Below are positions 27,465-36,546 of a DNA stretch of 40,192 bases, one piece after another. The position numbers and the translations under genes are program-made. How positions within the stretch are numbered: position 1 is the stretch's first letter; every line of letters begins with the position of its first letter. The stretch is from positions 1 through 40,192 of the forward strand of contig JAZGCZ010000080.1 in assembly GCA_036477195.1 (NCBI GenBank), in the 5' to 3' direction. The notes beneath the pieces are model-generated. The model ran no database searches. It saw only the letters and a program-made list of their open reading frames with translations, and was not told the DNA's origin. The stretch is from Anaerolineales bacterium (lineage in GTDB: Bacteria; Chloroflexota; Anaerolineae; Anaerolineales; E44-bin32).

Positions 27465-28704
27465 CAAACCTCCCGGTCCAGACACAGCCATTCGAAATTA
27501 TCCGAAGCTTTTAAACCGCTACGAGCGCCTGCTGGAGCTGACCTCTGATTTGGCCGCGACGTTTGACCTGGACACTTTGCTGCAGAGGATCGTGGTCGCG
27601 GCCCGGGAATTAACGGACAGCGAAGCCTCATCACTTCTCCTGTATGAAAAGCAGACCCATTCGCTTTACTTTGAGGCGGCCACTGGCGCACTCGTGAGCG
27701 GCGTGGGGCAACGAGCCATTCCCGCCGACAACAGCATCGCAGGTTGGGTTTTCACGCATGGAGAGCCGATCGTCTCCCAAGACGTGATAAACGATCCTCG
27801 TTTCTATCGAGAGTTGGATGCGCTGACTCGATTTGAAACCCAGAGCATCCTGGGTGTTCCGCTGCGTACGAAAGATAAGGTTTTGGGCGTCATCGAATCA
27901 GTCAACAAGACAGAAGGAATCTTCACGGATGAGGATGTGCAAATCCTGCAGACCCTCGCCGCCCAGGCCGCCATCGCCATTGAGAATAGCCAACTCTTTA
28001 TGCAAAGCGATCTCATTGCCGAGATCGTGCACGAACTCCGGACCCCCTTAGCTGCGTTGACTGCCGCCGCTCATCTTCTTCAGCGACCCGACCTCCCGGA
28101 CGAACAGCACACGAAGCTCGGCCAGACAATTCTGAACGAGGTACAACGCCTCAACGATCTCACCACCGATTTCCTGGAACTCTCGCGGCTGGAATCTGGT
28201 CGCATGCACTTCAAGCGTGAGCCGGTTCATCTGGGCGGGCTTGTCCAGGAGTCGTTGGAATTGGTGCGCGCCCAAGCGATATCAAACGAGATTGGGCTGG
28301 AGACCGAAATCGATGCGTCGGTAGTGCCTGTTCACGGCGATCGCAAGATTCTCAAGCAGCTGCTGCTGAACCTGCTGACCAATGCGATCAAGTACAGCCA
28401 TCCCGGGGATGTTGTAACGGTGGTATTGCGGGCCGAAGGCGATGAGGTACTGATGGAAGTTCGTGATACCGGACGCGGCATCTCATCTGAAGATCAGGAG
28501 CGGTTGTTTCAGCGCTTCTATCGTGCAGGGGACGCAGAAGATGAAATTCAGGGAACCGGTCTGGGCCTCGTTATCGCAAAACGAATTGCGGAGAGCCATG
28601 AAGGCTCGATTACGGTCGAGAGCGCGCTCGGAGAAGGCGCAACATTTATCGTGAGGCTTCCCGTGGGGTCGTCATCAGAAGTTTCAACGCGCCCGCGCAG
28701 CTAG
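27454..28704 (+). CDS. Cytoplasmic GAF-domain sensor histidine kinase
   Basis: GAF (SIAGWVF..GEP, SILGVPL, LAAQAAIAIEN), HELRTPL, NLLTNAIKYS, GTGLGL. TTG 27454 follows GAGGTG. Confidence 0.93.
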   Translation: MSSSKPPGPDTAIRNYPKLLNRYERLLELTSDLAATFDLDTLLQRIVVAARELTDSEASSLLLYEKQTHSLYFEAATGALVSGVGQRAIPADNSIAGWVFTHGEPIVSQDVINDPRFYRELDALTRFETQSILGVPLRTKDKVLGVIESVNKTEGIFTDEDVQILQTLAAQAAIAIENSQLFMQSDLIAEIVHELRTPLAALTAAAHLLQRPDLPDEQHTKLGQTILNEVQRLNDLTTDFLELSRLESGRMHFKREPVHLGGLVQESLELVRAQAISNEIGLETEIDASVVPVHGDRKILKQLLLNLLTNAIKYSHPGDVVTVVLRAEGDEVLMEVRDTGRGISSEDQERLFQRFYRAGDAEDEIQGTGLGLVIAKRIAESHEGSITVESALGEGATFIVRLPVGSSSEVSTRPRS

Positions 28705-28733
28705 CGTAGCATTCTGGCAGGCAGAGGATCCTG

Positions 28734-28758
28734 AGGCCTGGCGGCCTTTTTTTTATTT
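28734..28758 (+). terminator. Intrinsic terminator
   Basis: AGGCC-TGGC-GGCCT followed by a run of T. Confidence 0.7.
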
Positions 28759-28778
28759 GCGGCATTCTAAATTACTTT

Positions 28779-30464
28779 CTACCCTCTTCGCCCAAACTGG
28801 CGCTCCAGCGCGGCCACCGAAAGATGTACCATCGTGGGACGTCCATGCGGGCAAGTCCGAGGAGATGAGCTCTGTTCAAGGTCTAAAATCAACTGCCTTT
28901 GTTCCTCCAGAGACAATACCTGTCCCGCTTTGATGGCGGCCCGTTTACAAACGCGTGCGGCCAGCCGAGCTTCTTGCTCCGCCGCGAGTGGGGTTTCATC
29001 CTCTTCAAAATCCTCCACCACGGTTCTCAGCGCCCGCTCAGGAGACAAATTGGATACCAAGGCCGGCAAAGCTCTGACACGAAATGCGCGTGCGCCGAAC
29101 GGCTCAATCGCGAACCCCAACGATTGTAGTATTTTCAGATTGCTCTCCACCACTTCGGCCTCACCTTGGGTTAGTTCGACGGTCTCTGCCTGAAGCAGCC
29201 CCTGAGATTCGGGAAGCTCTGCTTCGACCTGCGCCATAAGCTTCTCAAATAGCACCCGCTCATGTGCCGCATGCTGGTCAATGAGATATATGCCGTCCGG
29301 CCCCTCTGCAACCAGGTAAGTGGCACCCACCTGGCCAACGGACCGGAGCATCGGGACAGTCATCGATCGCTGGGCAGGAGCCTCAATCCTCCGGTCTACA
29401 GTTTCAGAGCTGCCTGCGTTCGCCGTAATACGTTCGCCTGACCAAATGGATTCCATAGACAATGGTTGAACAGGCGATTGCCCGAGAAGCGTCGCGCGAA
29501 CGGCCCGCTGAACAATCGAAAACACCAACCCTGGATTCTCGAAGCGGATTTCTGATTTGGCGGGGTGCACATTGACGTCTACGCTCTCGGGCGGAGCCGT
29601 GATGAAAATCAGCGCGATCGGAAAACGCCCGACCATTAGAAAGGTGTGATAGGCCTGCGCAACGGCTGACCCCAAGCTAACATCTTGAATCCACCGCCCA
29701 TTGACGATAAGTGTGATTTCTCGTCGGTTGGAGCGATTAATGAACGGCGCGCCCGCGAAGCCGGAAACTGAGATCCCTTCACTGGATGCATTCGCTACAG
29801 GGATCATTTGCTGGGCCAATTCCAGGCCATAAATCTCCGCCAGCACCTCCAATGGATCTCCGCTTCCAGTTGTCTGGAGCCGGGTCCGGCCTTCGCTGAC
29901 ATATTCGAAGCGGCAGCTAGGGTATGCCATGGCATAGCGGGTTACAAGTCTCGAGATCCATCCGCGTTCCGTTGTATCCGTCTTCAAGAAGCGTCGCCTG
30001 GCCGGCACGTTGAAAAACAGGTCCTTCACTTGAACGGTCGTGCCATCAGGAACCCCAGCTTTTTCAGGCTCCCCCAATCGCCCTCCATCAACGGACAGAC
30101 GCGTGCCCGCCTGCTCCCCCTCTGCGCGTGTAGTCAAAACCATTCGGGATACCGCGCCTATAGAAGCCAGAGCTTCTCCACGAAAGCCCAAAGTGCTTAT
30201 CGAATGCAGGTCCGAGAGAGTTTCCACCTTCGATGTCGAATATCGCTCGACCGCGAGCTTGACCTGCTCTTGAGGGATTCCTGAGCCGTTGTCGGAAACT
30301 TCGATCAGGGACTTTCCCCCCTCTTTGATCTGTATGGCCAGCGTGGTAGCAGCGGCATCCAGGGAGTTTTCAATCAACTCTTTGACGATTGAGGATGGAC
30401 GTTCGACGACTTCGCCCGCCGCGATAGCAGATGAAACTTCGTCGGAGAGAAAGTGGATAGGCAT
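28779..30464 (-). CDS. mutL: DNA mismatch repair endonuclease MutL
   Basis: IAAGEVVERP, GFRGEALASI, DVNVHPAK, DQHAAHER, CPHGRP. Confidence 0.98.
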   Translation of the reverse strand: MPIHFLSDEVSSAIAAGEVVERPSSIVKELIENSLDAAATTLAIQIKEGGKSLIEVSDNGSGIPQEQVKLAVERYSTSKVETLSDLHSISTLGFRGEALASIGAVSRMVLTTRAEGEQAGTRLSVDGGRLGEPEKAGVPDGTTVQVKDLFFNVPARRRFLKTDTTERGWISRLVTRYAMAYPSCRFEYVSEGRTRLQTTGSGDPLEVLAEIYGLELAQQMIPVANASSEGISVSGFAGAPFINRSNRREITLIVNGRWIQDVSLGSAVAQAYHTFLMVGRFPIALIFITAPPESVDVNVHPAKSEIRFENPGLVFSIVQRAVRATLLGQSPVQPLSMESIWSGERITANAGSSETVDRRIEAPAQRSMTVPMLRSVGQVGATYLVAEGPDGIYLIDQHAAHERVLFEKLMAQVEAELPESQGLLQAETVELTQGEAEVVESNLKILQSLGFAIEPFGARAFRVRALPALVSNLSPERALRTVVEDFEEDETPLAAEQEARLAARVCKRAAIKAGQVLSLEEQRQLILDLEQSSSPRTCPHGRPTMVHLSVAALERQFGRRG

Positions 30465-30488
30465 GGCTAAGGATTATAAAGCTGCCGG

Positions 30489-30517
30489 TTGACCCGCATC
30501 CCGCGACTGCATATACT
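30489..30517 (+). promoter_or_regulatory. Putative sigma70 promoter; a divergent TATAAT for mutL lies at 30473-30478 (-)
   Basis: TTGACC-17 bp-TATACT. Confidence 0.6.
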
Positions 30518-30529
30518 CGCCTGATCAGA

Positions 30530-30781
30530 ATGGATTCCGTGCCCCAGTTGAGTCCCGCGGTCGTCGTCTGTTTAGCCATAGCTCTTGTTGTTGCCGTAAA
30601 TGGCGGATTAGTGCTGGCGGTACGTCGTGGCGGGGCACAGCGCCAAGTGAAGATGCTGCGCCGAGCAGCCAAGGCAGCTAGGAATCCGTGGGTTAATCAG
30701 AACAAAGAGATGAGTGAATTACGGGAAAGGGTCGCGCAGTTGAAGCCCGAGACCGGGAGCAGTTCTGAACCCGATGACTAA
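30530..30781 (+). CDS. Small membrane-anchored hypothetical protein
   Basis: N-terminal TM helix, ARNPW motif, short coiled coil (MSELRERVAQL). Confidence 0.75.
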   Translation: MDSVPQLSPAVVVCLAIALVVAVNGGLVLAVRRGGAQRQVKMLRRAAKAARNPWVNQNKEMSELRERVAQLKPETGSSSEPDD

Positions 30782-30855
30782 TATGAGCGAATTGAGGGAC
30801 CGCGTCGTGCGACCAGGGCCCAACAGCGGGAGCGGTTCTAAACCCGATGAATAAG
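30710..30855 (+). repeat. Two 73-bp tandem copies spanning a gene junction; creates mini-ORF 30774-30854
   Basis: 30710 vs 30783 align ungapped at 52/73. Mini-ORF MTNMSELRDRVVRPGPNSGSGSKPDE*. Confidence 0.85.
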
Positions 30856-31632
30856 CTGATGAATCTCCAGGATAGTGTCAAACTGATTCCCGAAGGCGAT
30901 GCCGTGCTTGCCCTAGGGGGTGTGACGAATTATCGGCGCCCAATGGCATTCGCTCTTGCCGCGCTCGCCAACCCACCTTCTCAGCCCGTGACATTGCTTA
31001 CCTTTACCGCCGGATTGGAAAGCGACCTCCTTGTCGGTGCGGGCCTCGTAGCTCGGGTCAGAACATGCTATTTCGGGCTGGAGGCATTCGGGCTGGCTCC
31101 GAACTTCACCCAGGCCTCGGATCTGGAGATCATCGAGGAGAGCGAGGCCAGCCTGGCGCTCGGGCTGCGCGCCACTCTCGCAAGAGTTGGCTTCATGCCC
31201 TCCTTAGCCTGGCAGGGCACGGACCTTTTGAAGCTGCGTCCAGATGTGAAGGAAATTAACGATCCGTACACCGGGGCAAAGCTGACAGCCTTCCCCGCCG
31301 TGGAGTGCGATCTCGCGGTCATCCATGCACTCCGGGCAGATCCTATGGGAAATACTCAGCTCGGACGAAATTGGGGGGTGGATCGGGAACTAGCTTACGC
31401 TGCCAAGAAAGTGCTCGTAACTGCGGAAGAGATTGTGCCGCGACTCGACCGAGCGGATATCGATGGGTCGATTGTCACCGCCGTAACCGAAGCGCCAAAA
31501 GGCGCTTGGCCTACTTCATGCCATCCAAACTACCCTTTGGATGGACAGGAATTCCTAAATTATGTGGACTTAGCCGGAACCGAAGGCTATGATGCGCTCA
31601 TTGAATCCTGGGCCGCTCGCCACCTGCACTAG
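30847..31632 (+). CDS. CoA-transferase subunit A (glutaconate CoA-transferase alpha-like)
   Basis: GDAVLALGG..RRPMA, DLLVGAG, DLAVIHA..AD..GN, VTAEEIV, GAWPTSC. Confidence 0.85.
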   Translation: MNKLMNLQDSVKLIPEGDAVLALGGVTNYRRPMAFALAALANPPSQPVTLLTFTAGLESDLLVGAGLVARVRTCYFGLEAFGLAPNFTQASDLEIIEESEASLALGLRATLARVGFMPSLAWQGTDLLKLRPDVKEINDPYTGAKLTAFPAVECDLAVIHALRADPMGNTQLGRNWGVDRELAYAAKKVLVTAEEIVPRLDRADIDGSIVTAVTEAPKGAWPTSCHPNYPLDGQEFLNYVDLAGTEGYDALIESWAARHLH

Positions 31633-31729
31633 CCTGCATTCCGCATTGCGCCTTTACCCCTTATTCTTCATCCTTCTCTTATGATCCTGTGATATTTTCA
31701 CCCGGTTCTTCTGCATCAGGAGCGTTCAC

Positions 31730-33001
31730 ATGAAATCCAACGCGTTGAAGATCGGCCTCGTCCTGGCCGTTGCGATCGGACTGACCGGCCTCGCGTTTAC
31801 ATCCGGGCTCGCGCTCGGTTACGTGGCTCCGCGAATTACTGCGGCCTCAGGGGAGGCGCCACCGATCGAGTTCTCTATCCCACAAATCGTTTCAAGAGAT
31901 GAGGTCACGCCCGAAGCTGATGTGGACCGCGATGAGTTGATCGCACCATTCTGGGAAGCCTGGGAGATCTTGCAGGACGACTATGTCGATCAGCCGTTGG
32001 ACAGCGAGACTCTGATGCGCGGCGCGATTCGTGGCCTGGTGGATTCGCTTGAAGATCCCCACACGTCCTATATGGATCCGGACGAGTTTCTCCAGGCTAA
32101 CCTTCCCCTGAACGGGGAGTACGAGGGCATAGGGGCCTGGGTCGATTCGGAAGCCGAATATCTGACGATAATTTCTACCATGCCCGGGTCTCCAGCGGAG
32201 AAAGCCGGGCTGCAGGCCGGCGATCAGGTGGTCGGTGTGAATGGCGAAGACGTTGTCGGCATGGATCCCAGTCTCGTCATTCGACAAGTGCTGGGCCCTG
32301 CTGGAACTCCAGTCAATCTCACAATCCGGCGAGAAGGGCTGGCGGAAGTATTTGATGTCGAAATTATTCGCGAGAAGATTGATCTTCCAAGTGTCCAAAG
32401 CGAGATGCTCGAAGACAACATCGCTTATGTGCGTCTCCTAAGTTTTGGCGCTGAATCGGCACAGGATCTCAATCGAGCATTGAGAGATTTACTGGCGGAC
32501 GATCCGGTGGGCCTCATTCTGGATCTACGTGGAAATGGGGGAGGCTTCTTGAATGCTGCTGTGGATGTGGCCTCAGAATTCATACCCGACGGCGTCATTT
32601 TGATCGAGCGATTTGGCGATGGCGAGGAAACCCTTTACCAAGCTAGATCGGGGGGAAGAGCGACTGAGATCGATATGGTGGTATTGATGAATGGTGGATC
32701 AGCATCGGCTTCAGAGATAGTGGCCGGCGCGATTCAGGATCACGGCCGTGGCCTCCTGGTCGGCGAGACTTCTTTCGGAAAAGGCTCTGTGCAGAACTGG
32801 GTTGAGCTCGCCGACAGTAAGGGTGCAATCCGCGTCACAATTGCGCGTTGGTATACTCCGGATGACCGGCTCATCCACGGCATCGGTCTGAGTCCTGACG
32901 TTGAGGTTCTAATTCCTGAATCTGGCCTCGAGGAAGGCGAAGATCCGCAGCTGGACGAGGCCATCAAGCTTCTATTGGGCGAGTCAGTCCCGAACCGTTA
33001 A
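31730..33001 (+). CDS. ctpA: S41 family C-terminal processing protease
   Basis: Membrane anchor, PDZ (GSPAEKAGL), LDLRGNGGG, SASASEIVAGAIQD, SFGKGSVQ. Confidence 0.95.
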   Translation: MKSNALKIGLVLAVAIGLTGLAFTSGLALGYVAPRITAASGEAPPIEFSIPQIVSRDEVTPEADVDRDELIAPFWEAWEILQDDYVDQPLDSETLMRGAIRGLVDSLEDPHTSYMDPDEFLQANLPLNGEYEGIGAWVDSEAEYLTIISTMPGSPAEKAGLQAGDQVVGVNGEDVVGMDPSLVIRQVLGPAGTPVNLTIRREGLAEVFDVEIIREKIDLPSVQSEMLEDNIAYVRLLSFGAESAQDLNRALRDLLADDPVGLILDLRGNGGGFLNAAVDVASEFIPDGVILIERFGDGEETLYQARSGGRATEIDMVVLMNGGSASASEIVAGAIQDHGRGLLVGETSFGKGSVQNWVELADSKGAIRVTIARWYTPDDRLIHGIGLSPDVEVLIPESGLEEGEDPQLDEAIKLLLGESVPNR

Positions 33002-33034
33002 GCTCCCCTAACACAACCTAGAGAGGGGGTTCCC

Positions 33035-34387
33035 ATGGATCCCTCACAAATCGACCTCGCGCTAGCGCGCATCCGAACTGCGCTGGAAGCAGGCGAAGTT
33101 CAGGCTGCAATCGACACCCTGACCGACCTACATCCCGTCGATCGGGCGGATGCATTTTCAGATCTAGATGACAAGGATCAGGCGGCTCTTTTGCCTCGAT
33201 TAGATCTGGAAGCAACTGCCGACCTGCTGGAGGAATTAGAAGACGAGCAAGCGGCGGCAGTGGCCGAGACCTTCGGCACGGAGCAGCTGGCGGACGTCCT
33301 GGACGAGATGGAGCCCGACGAAGCGGCGGATGTTCTGGGCGACCTCCCCACCGCTCGGGCGGAAGAGGCTCTGGCGGAGATGGAAGAGGCCGAAAACGTA
33401 CTTCCGCTCCTTCCTTTCGCCGATGAAACGGCCGGCGGACGGATGACGACCTCGTTCATAACGCTTCCAGTTGGATCCCGCGCCTCGGAAGCGATCCAAA
33501 CCCTTCGAAAGGTAGAACCTAGTTCGGAGGCGCCCTATTACCTCTATGTTGATGATGATACCGACCGACTAGTCGGGATTATTAGTCTCCGCGATTTAGT
33601 GATTGCCAAGCCGGAGTCAAAGCTTGAAACGTTCATGGACCCGGAGGTTATTTTCGCTCATACCTACGAAGATCAGGAAGAAGTGGCGCTGCGCATGGCA
33701 CGCTACGATCTGGCTGCCGTCCCGGTGGTAGATGATCGAGGGTCTGTTGTCGGAGTAATTACACATGACGATGTCATGGACGTTGTTGAGGAGGAGGCAA
33801 CCGAGGATATCTACCGATTGGCCAACGTCTCAGATTCCGACCTCTCAATTCACAGCTCGATCCTTCTCGCCATTCGAAAGCGGATACCATGGCTGTACCT
33901 GAGTGCGGTTACGGCACTTTTTGCGGCGTGGGTCGTCTCGAGATTCGAGACACTCATTGCAGAGGTGGCGATCCTGGCTGTGTTTCTCTCGGTAGTCGCC
34001 GGCCTGGGAGGCAATACTGCGACCCAGAGCCTGGCCATGATCGTCCGTGCCTTCGCTCTAGGCGAAATTGACATGCGTCGCGCATGGCGAACTGTTTTCA
34101 AGGAGGGCTTAACCGGACTCATCGCGGGCGTACTGGTGGGAACGGCCGTTGGATTCGCCGTCTGGCTTTGGCAGGGGAGCGTGGTGCTCGGCGTAGTTCT
34201 GGGATTGGCATTAATTGGCAACATGTTCGTCGCCGGCTTTGTTGGCGCCCTAATACCGATCTCACTAAGAGCTCTCAAGCTGGATCCTGCCCTGGCTTCG
34301 TCGGTCCTGGTAACTACCGTTACCGACAGCGTCGGCTTTGCCTTGTTCCTGACCTTATCTGCCCTCGCACTGTCAAACTTACGGTGA
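33035..34387 (+). CDS. mgtE: Magnesium transporter MgtE
   Basis: Acidic N domain, two CBS domains, KRIPWL, GGNTATQS, DPALASS..VTTVTD. Confidence 0.96.
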   Translation: MDPSQIDLALARIRTALEAGEVQAAIDTLTDLHPVDRADAFSDLDDKDQAALLPRLDLEATADLLEELEDEQAAAVAETFGTEQLADVLDEMEPDEAADVLGDLPTARAEEALAEMEEAENVLPLLPFADETAGGRMTTSFITLPVGSRASEAIQTLRKVEPSSEAPYYLYVDDDTDRLVGIISLRDLVIAKPESKLETFMDPEVIFAHTYEDQEEVALRMARYDLAAVPVVDDRGSVVGVITHDDVMDVVEEEATEDIYRLANVSDSDLSIHSSILLAIRKRIPWLYLSAVTALFAAWVVSRFETLIAEVAILAVFLSVVAGLGGNTATQSLAMIVRAFALGEIDMRRAWRTVFKEGLTGLIAGVLVGTAVGFAVWLWQGSVVLGVVLGLALIGNMFVAGFVGALIPISLRALKLDPALASSVLVTTVTDSVGFALFLTLSALALSNLR

Positions 34388-35040
34388 GGATCTTTCGCAG
34401 TCTCTTACAATTATTTTTCCGGCAGTTCTATACCACCCTGGCCTGGTCCTATGACATCGTGGCCAGGATTGTATCGGTGGGCCAATGGAACGATTGGGTT
34501 CGCTCAATCCTGGAGCCCTTTCCAGCCCGACCCATTCTCGAAATTGCTCATGGGCCTGGACACCTTCTTCTCGAACTCAATTTGCGGCGCGGAAATGCGT
34601 TCGGTGTCGATGCGTCGCGGCAAATGTGCCGTATGGCAAGTCACCGACTGAAGCGGAATGGCCATGTCTCAAAGGTGGTTCAAGGTCGAGCACAGGCCCT
34701 ACCCTTTCCACCGGAAACGTTCGCCACGCTGCTCAGTACTTTCCCGACCGAATTCATCCTGGACCCGGGCTCGCTTACAGAGGCACATCGAACACTGCAG
34801 CTCGAAGGACAATACCGGATCGTGCCGATGGCGGAAATTCGTGGCCCTAGCCTCCTCGATCGCATGGCCGGATGGCTATTTCGTGTGACCTGGCAGTACG
34901 TGGAATTGCCGACTTCATGGACCCAGCCAATCTCTGACGCGGGATTTCACGTACGCAGGGAGGATGTACTGTTAAGCCGCTCAAGGGTGATCCGAATTAT
35001 TGCGACCCGAGTGAAGCAGAAGGAAGGTCAAGTTGTCTGA
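34384..35040 (+). CDS. Class I SAM-dependent methyltransferase
   Basis: LAWSYDIVA, ILEIAHGPGHL, GVDASRQM, AQALPFP. GTG 34384 overlaps the mgtE stop. Confidence 0.85.
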   Translation: MRIFRSLLQLFFRQFYTTLAWSYDIVARIVSVGQWNDWVRSILEPFPARPILEIAHGPGHLLLELNLRRGNAFGVDASRQMCRMASHRLKRNGHVSKVVQGRAQALPFPPETFATLLSTFPTEFILDPGSLTEAHRTLQLEGQYRIVPMAEIRGPSLLDRMAGWLFRVTWQYVELPTSWTQPISDAGFHVRREDVLLSRSRVIRIIATRVKQKEGQVV

Positions 35041-35150
35041 AACCAGCCAATCCGGCGACCTGGCATTGTTCCTCGCGAGGGGTGTGAAGCAGATGGAGGT
35101 CCAAGTTGCCTGACACCAGCCAAGCCGGCGACCTGGCAATGCTCGTCGGG
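35011..35150 (+). repeat. Two tandem copies (73-bp period) spanning the methyltransferase/trmI junction; creates mini-ORF 35033-35113
   Basis: 35011 vs 35084 align at about 56/67. Mini-ORF MSETSQSGDLALFLARGVKQMEVQVA*. Confidence 0.9.
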
Positions 35151-35891
35151 TCTAACGGCAAACAGTTCATTATTCAGCTTAATTTGGGTCAGCAGCTCCA
35201 AACGCATCGTGGCGTGTTGCGGCACGAGGATCTTATCGGCCTGTCCTGGGGCACGACTATTACGAGCCACACTGGCAAAGACTTCCTGATGCTGGAGCCA
35301 TCCCTACGCGACGTCTTACTTCACACTAAGCGCCTGTCCCAAATTATCTACCCCAAAGAAATTGGCTATATCCTGCTTCGACTTTCAATTGGCCCCGGCG
35401 TCGAAGTGGTGGAGTCCGGGACTGGTTCGGGCGCCCTTACAACCGCTTTCGCTTGGGCGGTGGGATCAGAGGGTACGGTCTATTCCTATGATCGGCGAGA
35501 AGACATGCTGGAGCTCGCCAGCCGCAATCTAGAACGTGTGGGGCTGCGTGAAATAGTCGAGTTAAGACACTTAGATATCGAGGCCGGTTTTGATGAGCAA
35601 GGGGTCAGATCCGTATTTTTGGATTTGCCCCATGCTCACCGCTACCTGCGTCAGGCACGCGAGGCTCTAGCAGATGGGGGAACTTTGGGCGCGATAATGC
35701 CAACTGCCAATCAGGTCAGTCGGTTCCTGTCAGAACTTGAGGGGCAGTCTTTCGGGCTGCCCGAGGTGTGTGAAATCATGCTCCGGTTTTACAAGTCGAA
35801 TCCGCAGCGACTCCGCCCAACCGATCGCATGGTAGCCCACACCGGGTATTTGGTATTTGCGCGCGCGGTAAGAGGCACGTCGCATGGTTGA
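35106..35891 (+). CDS. trmI: tRNA (adenine-58-N1)-methyltransferase
   Basis: THRG...QIIYPKEIG, VESGTGSGALT, FLDLP, RMVAHTGYL. TTG start with GGAGG. Confidence 0.92.
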   Translation: MPDTSQAGDLAMLVGSNGKQFIIQLNLGQQLQTHRGVLRHEDLIGLSWGTTITSHTGKDFLMLEPSLRDVLLHTKRLSQIIYPKEIGYILLRLSIGPGVEVVESGTGSGALTTAFAWAVGSEGTVYSYDRREDMLELASRNLERVGLREIVELRHLDIEAGFDEQGVRSVFLDLPHAHRYLRQAREALADGGTLGAIMPTANQVSRFLSELEGQSFGLPEVCEIMLRFYKSNPQRLRPTDRMVAHTGYLVFARAVRGTSHG

Positions 35892-36471
35892 TCTGATAGA
35901 ACGATTGGAGCGATCTCTTAGTGAACTGGATGCCAAGGTTGAAACAGAATGGGAGGCAACGCCCGCCGCGGTTCTGATACCTCTATATCAAGAAGATGGG
36001 GACTGGAATTTGCTCTTTACTCGCCGCACCGACTCGGTAGATGTACATGCCGGACAAGTTTCGTTTCCAGGGGGCCGGATTGAGGATTCCGACGTGTCGG
36101 CCGTGGCGGCCGCACTTCGGGAGGCCCAAGAGGAGATCGGGTTGGACCCGGCCGATGTAGAAATGCTTGGACAGCTTAATCCGATCTTTACGGTCACACA
36201 GTTCTTGGTCACCCCGGTGGTTGGAGTGATTCCGTGGCCTTATCCGCTGGCCTCCAACCCAACCGAGGTTGCCCACACTTTTGGCGTTCCAATCAAATGG
36301 CTATCAGACCCAAATAACGTCGAGGTTCGGGATCGACAGCCCCTAGTTCCCGGGCGCAACATTCAGGTCTACTATTTCAAGGAATTTGATGGTGAGACGA
36401 TCTGGGGCGTCACCGCAAGGATCACAGTTAATTTTCTGCAGATGTTGGATGCTGCCAATCCGCCGACTTAA
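35884..36471 (+). CDS. Nudix hydrolase, CoA pyrophosphatase family
   Basis: PAAVLIPL, LFTRR, HAGQVSFPGG, ALREAQEEIGL, IWGVTA. Confidence 0.93.
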   Translation: MVDLIERLERSLSELDAKVETEWEATPAAVLIPLYQEDGDWNLLFTRRTDSVDVHAGQVSFPGGRIEDSDVSAVAAALREAQEEIGLDPADVEMLGQLNPIFTVTQFLVTPVVGVIPWPYPLASNPTEVAHTFGVPIKWLSDPNNVEVRDRQPLVPGRNIQVYYFKEFDGETIWGVTARITVNFLQMLDAANPPT

Positions 36472-36546
36472 TACATCATGATTGGCGGCCCAGCCTCCAG
36501 ATATTGTGGTGATATTTAGTTTTCGAGATCTCTATCGGAAAGTGTC

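Noticed and set aside
34084-34383. N-terminal 100 aa of the 318-aa ORF
   Set aside because: Overlaps mgtE in another frame; GTG 34384 gives a normal methyltransferase.
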